Below are positions 45,381 through 58,300 of a stretch of DNA of 64,000 bases, piece after piece. The stretch is from NCBI GenBank assembly GCA_020184695.1, contig JAANOX010000246.1, positions 134,597 through 198,596 of the forward strand, written 5' to 3'. Within the stretch, counting starts at the first letter, position 1. Every line of letters starts with the position of its first letter. Made by a program: the position numbers and the translations under genes. Origin of the DNA: Histomonas meleagridis 2922-C6/04-290x. Taxonomy: Eukaryota > Protista > Parabasalia. The notes beneath the pieces are model-generated. The model searched no databases, was not told the DNA's origin, and worked only from the letters and a program-made list of their open reading frames with translations.

Positions 45381-46281
45381 TTCATGAAAAAAATAAATTA
45401 TTCGTGATGCGTTGTGATGTTGTCAACTTCCAAATGAAAAACTGGTGTATACGCCTTCCAACTGAATTTTTATTTTTGAGAAAACGTGCTTCATGAAGCT
45501 TATTTGAAAAAGCATAAATTCAATACTTTATATTAAAATTGAATAATTTCGAGTTTTCTGTCCATAAATGGTTACCCATTTATTTCAATTGAAAAAGTCG
45601 ACAAACCGTTTCGGGACATAAAGTGCACTTCATATCATTCTATCAAAAAGTTAATGGCGGTTAATTTGGCGCAAATTGAAATTTTGATAATTGATTAAAT
45701 GTGAAGCATCAACGAAATTTTAAAAGTATCAAAAAATAAATATTACATTCATAATATTTTTTTAAGCAGATTTTTGAAGGTTCATGTATCTATCGAAATC
45801 CTTATTTTTTAATAAAAACTTTTTATAAAATTTTCTTTATCTTAGCTGAATATGTTAGAACTTATGTAGATCATATTTATGCAAAAATAAATTGTAAAAA
45901 TTAATCTTTAATGGATATACAAAGTAAGTAATTACAAGAAGATAAAATTACAAATTGGCTATTTTTCTCAAACATACTTTAAGAAAACGCACTTAAAATA
46001 TGGATATTCGTAACGTATCATTTTTATTTCAATTCTTGAAAAGTCATGGAGAAAAATGAATTTTGATGATTTTAACGTACAATTTCCGACCGTTTATTTA
46101 TCATAGAATGCATTCAATCTCCTTTGAGATTTATTCATTAATTAATATCTATTATTTTTTATTTAAAGTTCATTTAATATTTTGTGATTTCCATTTTTCC
46201 CCTGTTATTAAATCAGCCAAAAGAAAAAAATTTTTAAAATATATAATAAAAAATATTTTAAAAAAATATTTATTTGTAAAA

Positions 46282-47037
46282 TTAATATGAATTGGAATCT
46301 TTAAGAGCTAATTCAGTGATAATATTACTTGCTTTTCTTAGTTCTGATCTAATATAATTTTGGGACTCTTCGATATTTATGAAGTCTGGTTCAAACTCTT
46401 GGATTCCTTCTTGCATAGGAAGATGGAGTGGCTCTGGTGTCTTAGTAAGTTCATCGAAGAGGCTGGGCGTTAGCTGCTCAAGGTGAAATTGAAAATCGAT
46501 AAGTTCTGGTTTTGGTAATTTTTGATTTTGTATGAAATTTGTATTTGTTTGACATTTAATTATTTCGGGAGAAATGGGTTCGGTATATTCTGGCTTTGAT
46601 ATTTTTGCAATTTTTGCAAGGTTTTTTTGGCATTCTGTTATTTCTTGGTTTTTTGGAAATTTGGATTGGAGCTCATAAAACGTCATAACTAACTCAATAT
46701 CTTCATCCAGTAAATTACCAGATATAACACTGTCCCATTTGGCCTCAAGAATACTTTCTTCTAGAATAAATAATGCATTAAAAAATGTGATATCTGATTC
46801 ATTTAATTTCTCATGATTCATTTTCGAAAAGTAATAACATATGTCTCTGATTTTTTTGATGGCTTTTTGTATTGTTTCTTTTATTTTATTTTGAAATTCT
46901 CCAGAATCAAAAAAAATAAGATTTTGAAAGAAATTGTTTTGAACTATTTGCTTTACCATTTCGTCCAATTGTGATTTATCGGTAAGATTTATAAAATTTT
47001 CAATGATTTCTATCTCTGAACTAGGAGCATTATTCAT
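46282..47037 (-). CDS. Hypothetical protein, 251 aa
   Basis: ATG-started ORF with an M3-like aaccgttt at 47075-47082. No recognised domain. Confidence 0.6.
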   Translation of the reverse strand: MNNAPSSEIEIIENFINLTDKSQLDEMVKQIVQNNFFQNLIFFDSGEFQNKIKETIQKAIKKIRDICYYFSKMNHEKLNESDITFFNALFILEESILEAKWDSVISGNLLDEDIELVMTFYELQSKFPKNQEITECQKNLAKIAKISKPEYTEPISPEIIKCQTNTNFIQNQKLPKPELIDFQFHLEQLTPSLFDELTKTPEPLHLPMQEGIQEFEPDFINIEESQNYIRSELRKASNIITELALKDSNSY

Positions 47038-47202
47038 TGGTCTTCAAATAAGCCTATGTAAGGCACTTTTTAATAACCGTTTTTTATAATGAAAGGATGC
47101 GCTCGGAGGTTCTCTACAAATTTTTAAAAATTAATCAATATACATATCTCCACATAATAATGTAGAATATTAGAATGGGCACATTGAATATTATTCAAAA
47201 TC

Positions 47203-47573
47203 AATTTAATTTATTTATATTTAAATCGAGGTCACAAAACATAAACTTACATAATTGTATCATCTATCACCTCAAACTTTGAAGCTAGTGCAAATAAGAA
47301 ATTTTTTTGTCGAATTATTTAACAACAGAGAAGAAAATAAAAACAAAGAAAATAAGATTTAACAAAGATAATAATATGGTAAATGAGACATTCTTCTTGT
47401 TAAAAAAGATCTCTATTTTGATATGAAGTTTTTACCATTTCGATTAAAATTTCATGTGTATTAATTCCATTCTTGGCTGACACTTCTTTGAATTTTGCTC
47501 CAAACCTGCGTGCGATGCATTTGCCTTCTTCTTTTTTAACCACTCGCATGTATTTTAAATCAATTTTATTTCC
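47203..47573. repeat. 371-bp direct duplication, copy 1 (copy 2 at 50888-51258)
   Basis: Base-by-base match, with 4 substitutions found by eye. It contains the 3' end and downstream flank of the Rab-like gene. Confidence 0.95.
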
Positions 47574-47965
47574 GAACAATTGAACATCTTAATGTAATCT
47601 CCTAGGTGAATATTCAAGTAGTATTCAATTGCAATTTCTCTAAAGCCTATATTTGTGGAGAGGTTTCCTTGATCAATAATGTCCGACACATATGATGCAA
47701 GGTTATTTTCTTCCTTTTCTGTAAAAATTCTATTTTTTCTTCCCCAGTTGTTATTTTTTGGTGACCATTTTTTATCTTCTTGGTAGCACTTCCTCCATGT
47801 ATAAAGAGTTGGTGGAGGAATGCCAGCTCTCTTGCTTATGGATGGTATAACCTTTTTGTTCTGAAATTCTGCACATATTAGCATCCATATGTCCCTATTT
47901 ATGTGTTCTTTGTGATCTCTGTGTGATCTCGGATTGTCATTATAGACACGGTTCAAATGATTCAT
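47574..47965 (-). mobile_element. 5'-only fragment of a pogo/Tigger-like (CENP-B-type HTH) transposase
   Basis: ISKRAGIPPPTLYTWRK HTH followed by RIFTEKEENNLASYV..GFREIAIEYY..FNCS, the usual tandem-HTH N-terminus of this class. No DDE domain follows. Confidence 0.6.
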
Positions 47966-48109
47966 GAAAAAAAATACCGTCGAAGTTAAATAGAAATAAA
48001 AAAAGAAGCAATTTTTATTAAGAAAAATTCACATATTGTGAAGAAAAATAAAAATTTATCAATAACAGAAGTTAAAAAACATTTTCAATATCTATTTTTT
48101 TTTTTGTTC

Positions 48110-48275
48110 ATTTGAGATGTTCACTGATGTTTTGTTGAGATGTTTTGTCGAGATGCAATGCTGAGATCTTCTTCTGAGATGTTCACTGATGTTTTGTTGA
48201 AATGCTTTGTTGAGATGTTTTGCTGGAATCTCCTTCTGTGATGCAATGCTGAGATGTTCACTGACGTTTTGCTGT
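48110..48275. repeat. Degenerate tandem repeat of about 12 nt (gttgagatgttt / ctgagatgttca family)
   Basis: More than ten variants of (t/c)gagatgtt(t/c) within 165 bp, directly upstream of the transposase fragment. Confidence 0.8.
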
Positions 48276-49031
48276 ATTAATTTGTTATTGTTGACCTACC
48301 TGACGCTGTAGCGTGAATGTGCCGGCGATCCATTATCAACTCTGCCACACTGATCCCCGGGTGGTCCAGGAGTTGCGTAAAGATAGGTCAACATGAGGAT
48401 AATGTACTGATTTTGCATCAACAACGGTTATCACATGAATTTGATATAATCATGAGCAGTTTCAGTTAATTTATCGCTACCATCGATCCCGCCAATACTG
48501 GCGCCAAGAATTATAACACAATTTAATTTTCAATAATATCTCAATGCCATCAATTTTTCTGAAAAAAGAATTACCAATTTGGGCGAGACAAAAATATTTT
48601 ATTTGAAATTTAGTTTATTCTTCAAATATCAGAATAAATATGCATTAAAACATCGTGGGTGACACTCAAAATTTAAATGCTATTTTATTAATTAAATTTA
48701 TGACTTTCAAAATTCATAAAATATTCGTTCGTTTTGTGTGGGGGCTGGTCGTTGCATTTGATTTCACCATCTAAGATATGCAAATATTAACATGAAGAGA
48801 AGTCTCAGGTATAAAACCGATACCACTTTTTGAAAAGCGTGTTATGAAAAATAACAGGTAATGTGATGTGAATTATGGGAAACCGTTAAAAAATTATTGT
48901 TATTTTTGATTATTTTACGAAAAGTATTAATGATCCAAATGAAAAAAAAAAAATCACATGAAAACTTTTTTCTTTTGTATAAGTTAAAGTGTGTTTTTAA
49001 TGATTCAAAGCATTCGTTATTTATAAATTTT

Positions 49032-50747
49032 TTATTTACTTAACAAGTGTTTCAGGTTTTGGAGGTATGTATATTTATAAGGTCTTTCATTTCTGTAATT
49101 GTCAATTTTCTTTATCAATTGTTTTGCATTATTACTTATGAAAGCCTTAAGTTTTTCTTTACTTTTTTCATTTACCACATTTGCTTGTATATTTATTTTT
49201 TCATTAATTTTATTTGATATTATTTTTACAAATTTGCCGAAATATTTTGTTCCATAATCCGATTTAATCATTTCGATTGTATCATCAAATGATGAAAAAA
49301 TGAAATTTCTTTGTTGTGCATCATATTTTGATAAAAAAGGTCGAACAGCTGCTTTCAAAAGAGAAAACAACACTTCGAATGCGATTGTTTTATCATTATA
49401 TATTATAATTACACTAATTATAATACTTCTTATCATATATAATGCTTTATTTGGAATTTCATTAAATTCATTAGAAATTATGTTCAAAAAATCCGAATTC
49501 GAATCGATTTTCTTTTCAATCATTTCTTTTATAATTAATGATAACCATTTACTTGAAACAGACACAAACAACGAAATAATTGAAGTTGAATATTGTGTTT
49601 TATCAACAAATAATTTCGAAATTTCAGTTTTAGAAAATTCAGCAAAAAGAATTGTTCGAAGTAAATAATCAATTCTTGAATACATTGAAAAAACATTAAA
49701 TATAATACTTGCAATTGTAGTTGTTAACTCAGAACAATTTAATAAAGAAAGCACAAGTGTTAAATCAGGTGAAATAAGTGCAGAACATATTAAATCAGTG
49801 GAATCTTCCGCCATTAACTTCATATATGATTTAACGATTGAATAACTCGAAAATGAATTAATTTTAGTAATAGCTTCACTAATTTTATTTGGAGATTCAA
49901 TTGAAAGTATTGTTTTATTATCGCTCTTTAATATGATTTTGTTATTAGTGTTATGTAATGTTATATTTGTTAATGGATATGTTTTGTTACCAATGTGAAT
50001 AGTTTTGTCAAGTGTTATTCGCGCTTTAAGTGATGAATAAAAGTTAAATTTGGATATCCGCTGATCTGAAAGAGGATTAAGAGCTTCGTTGTCAATATAA
50101 AATTGTTCTGAAAATTCCAATAGATAATCATCAATTTCTTTTTCATCCATTTCACTTGAACTTATTTCATTTTGAAGATCATTGAGTGTGGATTTAATGA
50201 CATTTGAAGTTTTCCTAAAAGGGAAAAAGAAACTAGAAAATAGCATTAAAAATGAAAATCCTTCATTACTGAAATTAATGGAATTCATATTTGATGAAAT
50301 AACAATTTCATCATTGACTAAAACTTGGAAGTTTTGATTGAAAATTTCATCTAGATCAACTTCATCACTTGAATTTGTTGAACTAAGATCTTGGATTTCG
50401 TCAAGATTTGATGTATTTGTTTCACAAATTTTCCGTTTTGTGTTACTGCTTTTTCTTGGTGAGATAAAAGTGTGATTAAAATTATTGATAACATTTGATC
50501 CTTTGGATGATTTTCGTAAATAACGCTTTGCATTTCGTATTTTTTGGATTTGAATGAAGTTTTGTATTTCACTGAGACATTCTTCTATGTCAATATGCTC
50601 ATTATTAATTATATTAGTATTATTACGACTTTGTATGAATTCTTGAATTTCCTTACTGCATTCATCAAGGTTTTCAATAAGTTTTACGTCAGGAACTTCT
50701 TGAGGATTTTCGTTCTTTGTTGGGATTTCACTGTTTTGACCCAACAT
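49032..50747 (-). CDS. Hypothetical protein, possibly with a degenerate RasGAP-like C-terminal domain
   Basis: Intact 571-aa ORF. The helical C-terminal half (IFNVFSMYSRIDYLLRTILFAEFSKTEISKLF) loosely recalls RasGAP-fold proteins. Confidence 0.4.
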   Translation of the reverse strand: MLGQNSEIPTKNENPQEVPDVKLIENLDECSKEIQEFIQSRNNTNIINNEHIDIEECLSEIQNFIQIQKIRNAKRYLRKSSKGSNVINNFNHTFISPRKSSNTKRKICETNTSNLDEIQDLSSTNSSDEVDLDEIFNQNFQVLVNDEIVISSNMNSINFSNEGFSFLMLFSSFFFPFRKTSNVIKSTLNDLQNEISSSEMDEKEIDDYLLEFSEQFYIDNEALNPLSDQRISKFNFYSSLKARITLDKTIHIGNKTYPLTNITLHNTNNKIILKSDNKTILSIESPNKISEAITKINSFSSYSIVKSYMKLMAEDSTDLICSALISPDLTLVLSLLNCSELTTTIASIIFNVFSMYSRIDYLLRTILFAEFSKTEISKLFVDKTQYSTSIISLFVSVSSKWLSLIIKEMIEKKIDSNSDFLNIISNEFNEIPNKALYMIRSIIISVIIIYNDKTIAFEVLFSLLKAAVRPFLSKYDAQQRNFIFSSFDDTIEMIKSDYGTKYFGKFVKIISNKINEKINIQANVVNEKSKEKLKAFISNNAKQLIKKIDNYRNERPYKYTYLQNLKHLLSK

Positions 50748-50887
50748 TATGTATGTACGTTAATAATAGGACTGCAGTCAAAATGGGTACATGAGGAATT
50801 TTTTAATGAACACCTTTAAGTATTATTGTACTTAGGGGATACTTGTGCATTACCATCCATAATCAAAACAAGATAATGAGTTCAAAA

Positions 50888-51258
50888 AATTTAATTTATT
50901 TATATTTAAATCGAGGTCACAAAACATAAATTTACATAATTGTATCATCTATCACCTCAAACTTTGAAGCTAGTGCAAATAAGAAATTTTTTTGTCGAAT
51001 TATTTAACAACAGAGAAGAAAATAAAAACAAAGAAAATAAGATTTAACAAAAATAATAATATGGTAAATGAGACATTCTTCTTGTTAAAAAAGATCTCTA
51101 TTTTGATATGAAGTTTTTACCATTTCGATTAAAATTTCATGTGTATTAATTCCATTCTTGGCTGACACTTCTTTGAATTTTGCTCCAAACCTGCGTGCGA
51201 TGCATTTGCCTTCTTCTTTTTTAACCACTCGCATGTATTCCAAATCAATTTTATTTCC
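50888..51258. repeat. 371-bp direct duplication, copy 2 (source copy, within the Rab-like gene and its 3' flank)
   Basis: Matches 47203-47573. Confidence 0.95.
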
Positions 51259-51609
51259 AATTAGAAATAAAGGTGTACCATAGGGAATTTTATCTTTGCA
51301 TTTGTTCATTGCAACAATGGTGTTTTCAAAAGATTCACGATTAGAAATATCATAAACAAAAAAAAAGGTATGGACTTTAAACACATTAACACGAATCAGT
51401 TCACCTGAATATTCATAAAAAATTTGAAGCCGAATCTTTGTTTTATCTTCCAGTTCAATTCGTTTAATTTTAAAATTAATCCCAAGAGTAGATGGGGGAT
51501 CATCTTGGAATTTATCATAAAGTAACCGGTTGAGAAAATAGATAATACTTCCTGGTGCTTGGTGTCCGCATTGGATTGCATACATCACCAGCTTTACTTC
51601 GTCTTCCAT
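51085..51609 (-). CDS. Highly divergent Rab-like small GTPase
   Basis: Rab-like TLGINFKIKRIEL, FVYDISNRESF, GNKID (G4) and EVSAK (G5). G1 and G3 are degenerate and there is no C-terminal Cys motif. Confidence 0.8.
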   Translation of the reverse strand: MEDEVKLVMYAIQCGHQAPGSIIYFLNRLLYDKFQDDPPSTLGINFKIKRIELEDKTKIRLQIFYEYSGELIRVNVFKVHTFFFVYDISNRESFENTIVAMNKCKDKIPYGTPLFLIGNKIDLEYMRVVKKEEGKCIARRFGAKFKEVSAKNGINTHEILIEMVKTSYQNRDLF

Positions 51610-52369
51610 TTTGCCCTTAATCTGAAGGTTAGTGTAAATAAACGGTCGTTTTACACCTTAAATGCAAATGTAAAAAAACTCTATTTCACAGCACACAAAA
51701 ATGATAAAAACCCAGTGCCTTTGAACCTGTGTCAACTAGAGAGTGGATGGATGAGGCTAAACTGGACAGAAAGGAATTTTTTGAAGGCTGCACACGCAAA
51801 ATTTGATAAATTTACATATTTATTTTGATAACTTTATTTATAATGAAAAAGTGGAATTAGGGGCACCTGTTTGTGTCTTCGGACTCATTTTATGAAAAAG
51901 GGGATATTTCAATTTTCTGATTTTATTTTCATCTTTGCCAAAGTATCGAAAAATCGAGAGTATTGAATTTGGAATTGAGCAAACTGTGTATAGTTTCTGG
52001 GCAAAATAGAAATAATGGGTTTGAGCTTGATAAACAAACTTAGAGCAAGTAAGATCACATTTTGTGATATTATATATACTGAAAATAAATCTTTAAAAAA
52101 AAAAAAGAAGTAAATTCATTTTTTTTTAGGAAATGGATTTCATTTATATCAGCGCCGATATAAAAAAACTAATGACAAAGTTGTTTTTGATTTTTTTATA
52201 TTTAATGAATGTAATCATAGCAAGAAATCGAGAAAAAATAAAAAACAACGAACGATATATTTTCTGATATTTACATTCTTCAAATCATTTACAACAATTT
52301 ATATATTAACGTTCACCGATTATTTGTGGTGAAAACGCTCGAAAATCTCTGAAAAACCTATCAATAAAA

Positions 52370-55300
52370 ATGGGAGGAGTAGCAACATCACCAATTCCAA
52401 ACAACAGCTCTAAATCAAAATTAATAGTAGATGGGAATATCATTGGATTTGCTAACCCACGGTATCGCCAGGAAGAATTTTTAGCAAGATTTTATAAACA
52501 AACAAATTCAGAAGAGCCCAAAAAGATTCATAGTCCTAAGCAACTTTGTGACTTACTTCTTGGGTGTTATGAACAACTTGATAGAATTGAAGATATTCTT
52601 GAGGCAATAATTACAAATAATCAAAAAGAAGTTAGTCCCAAAATTATTGATTTGGATGAGTTGTTTGGATTTGTTGGTACTCCTGTTAGGGTAAGAAATA
52701 ACTTTTTTTTACATTTAGGAACTCTTGATCCACAAATAATAACTCCTGTTGTTGAATATAACAAGTCTAGCCAACCTGCGTTTCAAGATATTCTTTCTAC
52801 CTTTAGTTTTTATAAGAATAGTTTGAATTCTAAAGCTAAGATTCCAACACAAATATCAAATCTTTTCAAATTTTTCCATGATTCATCACCATATTCTTGC
52901 CTTCCCCCGCCCAATGAATCATATCAAATTGATACAGAAGGAGGAACAGTTTCATTTACAGACAATGTTGTATATACCCATGGAATTTCAAGTAATGGTC
53001 AATTTCTTTTTGTATTATGTGGTTCAGGCATTTTAGAAATCTTTCCTTTATTTAACATGGGCACATTAATTCCACCAATTCAACGGAAGCTTCAACATGA
53101 GTTTGATGAAACGGCATCTCTTATTTCTAATTCGAAATCGGTAGTTACATTTTGGAAAGGACTTTCACATCAATATCAAATTGTTGATTTAATCAACAAA
53201 ATCGATAATCCAATTGTACAAAACTTTAATCCAAACACACTCTTAACGGTCAACAGCTCTGTTTCCAATGTTTTAATTGAAAAAGATTATCATTATACAG
53301 TATATCATGGTGAAGTCACAAGGAAAGGGAAATTTACCACTGGTAAGAATCCATTAAATCCCGCATTTAAGACATTATTTCCTAAAGTTGATTATTCAAC
53401 AATACCAGTCATAACTAATGGGCAATTAATCTCATTTCTTCATCAAATAGATAACAAACATTATGTTTATCGAGTGTTTTCATTAGTTACAGGTGAACAT
53501 ATTACGGATGAATTATTAGTATTAGAAAATCCGATATATGCAATATGTTGTGATATCTTTAATATGTGTTATTGGGCAATTATGAGGAATAAGGATGGAC
53601 ATATGAGTGTTAAGAAATATTTTTTTAATGGATCACTTGATTTTAATTTATTTGATTTTATACCTAATTCGAATAACAAAGAAAATAATACTAAATTTAA
53701 GACGTTTTTATATGATTTTAATCAAATTATATTACATTATATTGGTTCACATATCATTTCTAATATGTTTTCAACAAATAATATGAATATTGTTATTGAA
53801 TTATTAGAAACATCTAAAGAAATGATAAAGAAAGATCGAAATAATCGATTATTAATACAATCATTTATATTTTTAATTGATTTAAACTTAAAACAAATTA
53901 AAGTCGATGATAAAATTCGAGATTTATGTTTAGAAATTTATAATTTAATACCTTCGAATTATGGTGCGTTTTTATTCTTTAATAATTTGGGTACATTTAT
54001 GTATAATAATACTAATCAAAGCATTGAAATATTAATTAATTTCTTTATACATTGTAAAGATCAAAAAATTTTGTTGTATGCATTAAATAAACTTGAAACA
54101 TCATTGTTCATTAGTAATATATCAATTAATGAAAAAAATAAATTTTCCGAATTATTTGATAATAATTCTTATTCACAAGAATTAACTAAATTACCACAAT
54201 TACAATCGTTATTATTTATCCATCAAAGAGTTTTAGTAACTTCTGCTACACATTATTTGAAAGAAGATAATTATAATGAATTTGTAGAATCAGAAGATAT
54301 AAATAATCCTTTAACAAAATTAATTAATTATTCGGAATTTATCTTAAAGAAATTTAATGAAATTTTAATGAAATATGATAAAGATAAAATTAATATTGAA
54401 AATTCATTTTTATTATATTTATTACAAAATAATTTATTTTTATTATCAAGTTTATTAAATTATCATATAATAGCATTTTCATTTACTAAATTATTTTATG
54501 ATTTATTACTAAAAATTAATAAATATTTACATTATAAATTAATTAATTTAGAAGATAATTCAAAAATCTCTATTTTAGTACAACAATTCTTATTTATATA
54601 TGCTAAAAATGCTTCTACATTATTACAAGGATCTAAATTAACAAATTTTGAAAAAGATTTTTCAAAATTAATATGTTCTAATTTAAATAATCAAGTAGAT
54701 TTAACAGATACTGATATAAATTGTTTTAGTAAGAAATTAAATTTATTTTTAACTAGTAAAGGTGATAAATTTATAATGTCCAATATATATAAGAAATTTA
54801 AACCTTTTATGCATAAGAATTTAAATGATGACTTAAAATTCTTAGATCGATTAAGTTTAGCATCATTAAGTAAACATTTAGGTATTTGGAATGAAATAGT
54901 AAATTGTTCAACACCTATAAAAGAATTATCACCTAAATTAAAACAAGCGTTAGATCAAATGATGCGAATTCGTAATCAATATCGAAATCAAAAACAAACA
55001 AATACTGAATCTAATATTATCTCTAAATGTCATATGTTAATCCGATTAGAAAGTGATGGTACATTAACAGCTAAACAATTAGGTGATTTTATATGTTCTA
55101 AAGAAAGTGTATTAGAAATAATATCATTAATTCAACAACAAATTATACGTACTAAATCGACATTAATAGCATTTTCATTAATCGATAAAGTATTAGCTAT
55201 AGGGAAAACTCAAATGTATATTGATATCTTTTCTTATGCTTTATCTAAAATCGAAAATTTCGAATCATTAAATATTGTTTTAGAAATTACTAATACTTCT

Positions 55301-58300
55301 ACAAGTCCAGAATTATCATCTTTATTTAATCGATTATTAAATATTGTCTTAAAAACGCCGGAAAGTAAAATATCAATAGTAATATATCGAATATTTCGAG
55401 ATATTAAATCATTAACAGGTGTAAAATTTGCATTTCTAAATCAAATATTAACAGAATTTTCACAAAATAAAACACTTTTTGCATTATCAATTTCATTAAT
55501 TAAATCAATACAAACATTTCCTATTGGTTTAGTTAATATTAAGCCTTCACCTATGGGTTATTTATTATTATCGATTGCATTTTCTATTATACCTTGTACA
55601 CATGAATTTTTTAATGAATTCCAAAAAATATTTTGGAAATCTAAATCAAATTTAAGTCGAATATTATGTCGAGTTATGTATTCATTATTAAATTCACCAA
55701 ATTTAGAAAAAGAAATCATACAAAATGAATTTGAAAAAATTATTAATAAAATTGGTAAAGATTATAATAAATTTGAAGATTTAACTATAGCTAATGAAAT
55801 GATATATTTATTACGTAAATTCTTAATCGAGAAATCAAATTCATCACAAATATTATTAAATACATTAAAAAGTATTAATGAAAATAGTGATGAATTAATG
55901 CAAATAGGTTTATTTACTATTTTAGGTGGTAACTTTGAAAATATTCGACCATTTTGTAATGTTAAATGTCAAACAAATAACTTCTTTACACAAGAATTTA
56001 TAGCAGTACCTACAAAAGATCCAAAACAATTATTATGTTTTAATCGTCCATTTAATTTAAATGATTCACCACAATTTGTAGATATCGATTTAAATAAACG
56101 AGTATATGCTACATCAATATTAATATTAGAACAAGATTCATTTAATGATTTTGATTTTATATTATCATTTTTTGATTCTGTCTTTAATGATGTTTCATCA
56201 ATTAAATCTTCATTATATATTAAATTATTATCACATTTTTTAAAGTTTAAATCATTTGTCGATAAATTTACTAATGAAATGATCTTAAAACTTAGTAAAA
56301 ACCCATTACCATTTAATTCAATACCTTATACATTACTTCGAACTAATTTAATACAAAAATATATTGAAGTACCATTATTTGGTATCTTTAATCAATTATA
56401 TTATAAAAATATTGATATAATATCTTATATATCACCTGAAATTAAACGTAATATTAATTTCGAAGTTACAATTAATATTAATTCTAAAAGTAGTATTTAT
56501 TTTGGTATTATTAATAATTGTTTAGAAGCTATAGATACAAGATATATGTTACTTAATTATCCTTCTGGTTATTTATTTCCTATAAATCAAAAACGTATTA
56601 AATTCCAATCATTAAATCAAATTAATTTTATTGTTAATACACAAAATAATGTTTTTATATATAATAATCAACAATTTAATTTCCCTTTAGGTGAAACATT
56701 TCGTATTATTATATCTACAAATCGGTCAACACAAATAGAAATTAATGTAAATGAAAATAATTTTAATATTAATTCATCACCACAAATTAATTCGATTGGA
56801 GTTAATTGTTCAAATAATATAATGCCATTATATAATTTATCAAATGAATTATCAAATATTATATATGAAATGAATCCCGAAAAATTAAAGAATTCAAATA
56901 TTCCAGATTTAACTAATTTAATTGAACCTATCTCAATTGAAGAAAAGATATCAAATAATTTTATTAAACCTGTAAATTATATGTCAATACATCCTAATTT
57001 TTCAACACATGTATCTAAAAATATTATTAATGATCAATTAAAAGGATTATTTAAGATGTTATCATTACAATTTAGTACAATATGTTTAATGAGGATCTCA
57101 ATATATAAACCAGAATTAATACAAAACCCAACAAAATTATTTACATTATTAACTATACCTTTAGAACAATTTAGTACTACTTTATTTACAAAGAATAAAT
57201 TCCCATTTAATCTTAAAAAACCTTCATGGGAAAATCCAATAGTATTATATATGTCATTAGAAACAGAAGTTAAAGAAGCAATTAAATCTTTATTAAAAAT
57301 TCCAAATAATATTGATATCATTTGTAAAGATTTATATTCAATATGTGAATGTAAATCAATGCATTTAATTAATTATCCAAATATTTATCATAAGTTTTAT
57401 CCATTTAATCATTATTCTAAAGATTCATTACAAGTAACTAAAAAATATTCAATTGTATCATTTAATAATTTTAATAATGTTAAAAAGAATTGTATTACTA
57501 TTGAAGGAGTACCAAATAATTTACCAAATATTATATATCAAGGACCATTAAACATCGAAATCATTGAAAATAATCAAAATAATATGGATATATCTATGTA
57601 TAGTATTACACCAGATGATAATACATTTTGTTTTAATACTGCTTTTGAAGCTATATTAATCTTAAAGAATTTATTATATACAAATTTAACAGAGAAAAAT
57701 TTGATATTATTAAAATCATCATTATATGATTTATATTTATCACAAAGTTTTTTAGTTATATCATATTTTAATGAATTCTTTGACTTATTAGAATTACGAT
57801 GTAATTCATTTCCAATTTATGATGAAAATAATTTACGGAATTATTTAATAAAATTAAATACATTTGGTATTAAATCCAAAAATTTAAATAATGAAAGAGC
57901 TTTATATTATTATAATTATGAATATAATTCTATTTTAGATCAATTCCCAATTAAAATATGTAAATTCTTTCCTGAATTTCTTGTTACTAAAACTTCACCA
58001 CCTACAACTAATATCTGTGAAATCCCATTTGTTAGTTTAGATCCAGGTACATTTAAAGATAAGTTTTTAGAGAAAGTCCAAAACTTACAATATTTAGTTC
58101 GTACATATGATAGTTTAGAAGGATTTCCATTTTGGAAAGTATTACCTTATTGGTTTAGACTTAAGAATATTTGGGAAGGTAAAAACATTGATAATGATAA
58201 AGATTATATTGATCCTTATGTCGATCATATTAATAAGAATAATATATTACATATAATTAATCCTTCAATGAAACCTTTTGAAGCAATCTTAAAATTCCCT

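Noticed and set aside
48299-48325. Hammerhead ribozyme core (CTGACG..GAA)
   Set aside because: The required CUGANGA and GAAA are not matched, and no stem I/III with a cleavage triplet could be built.
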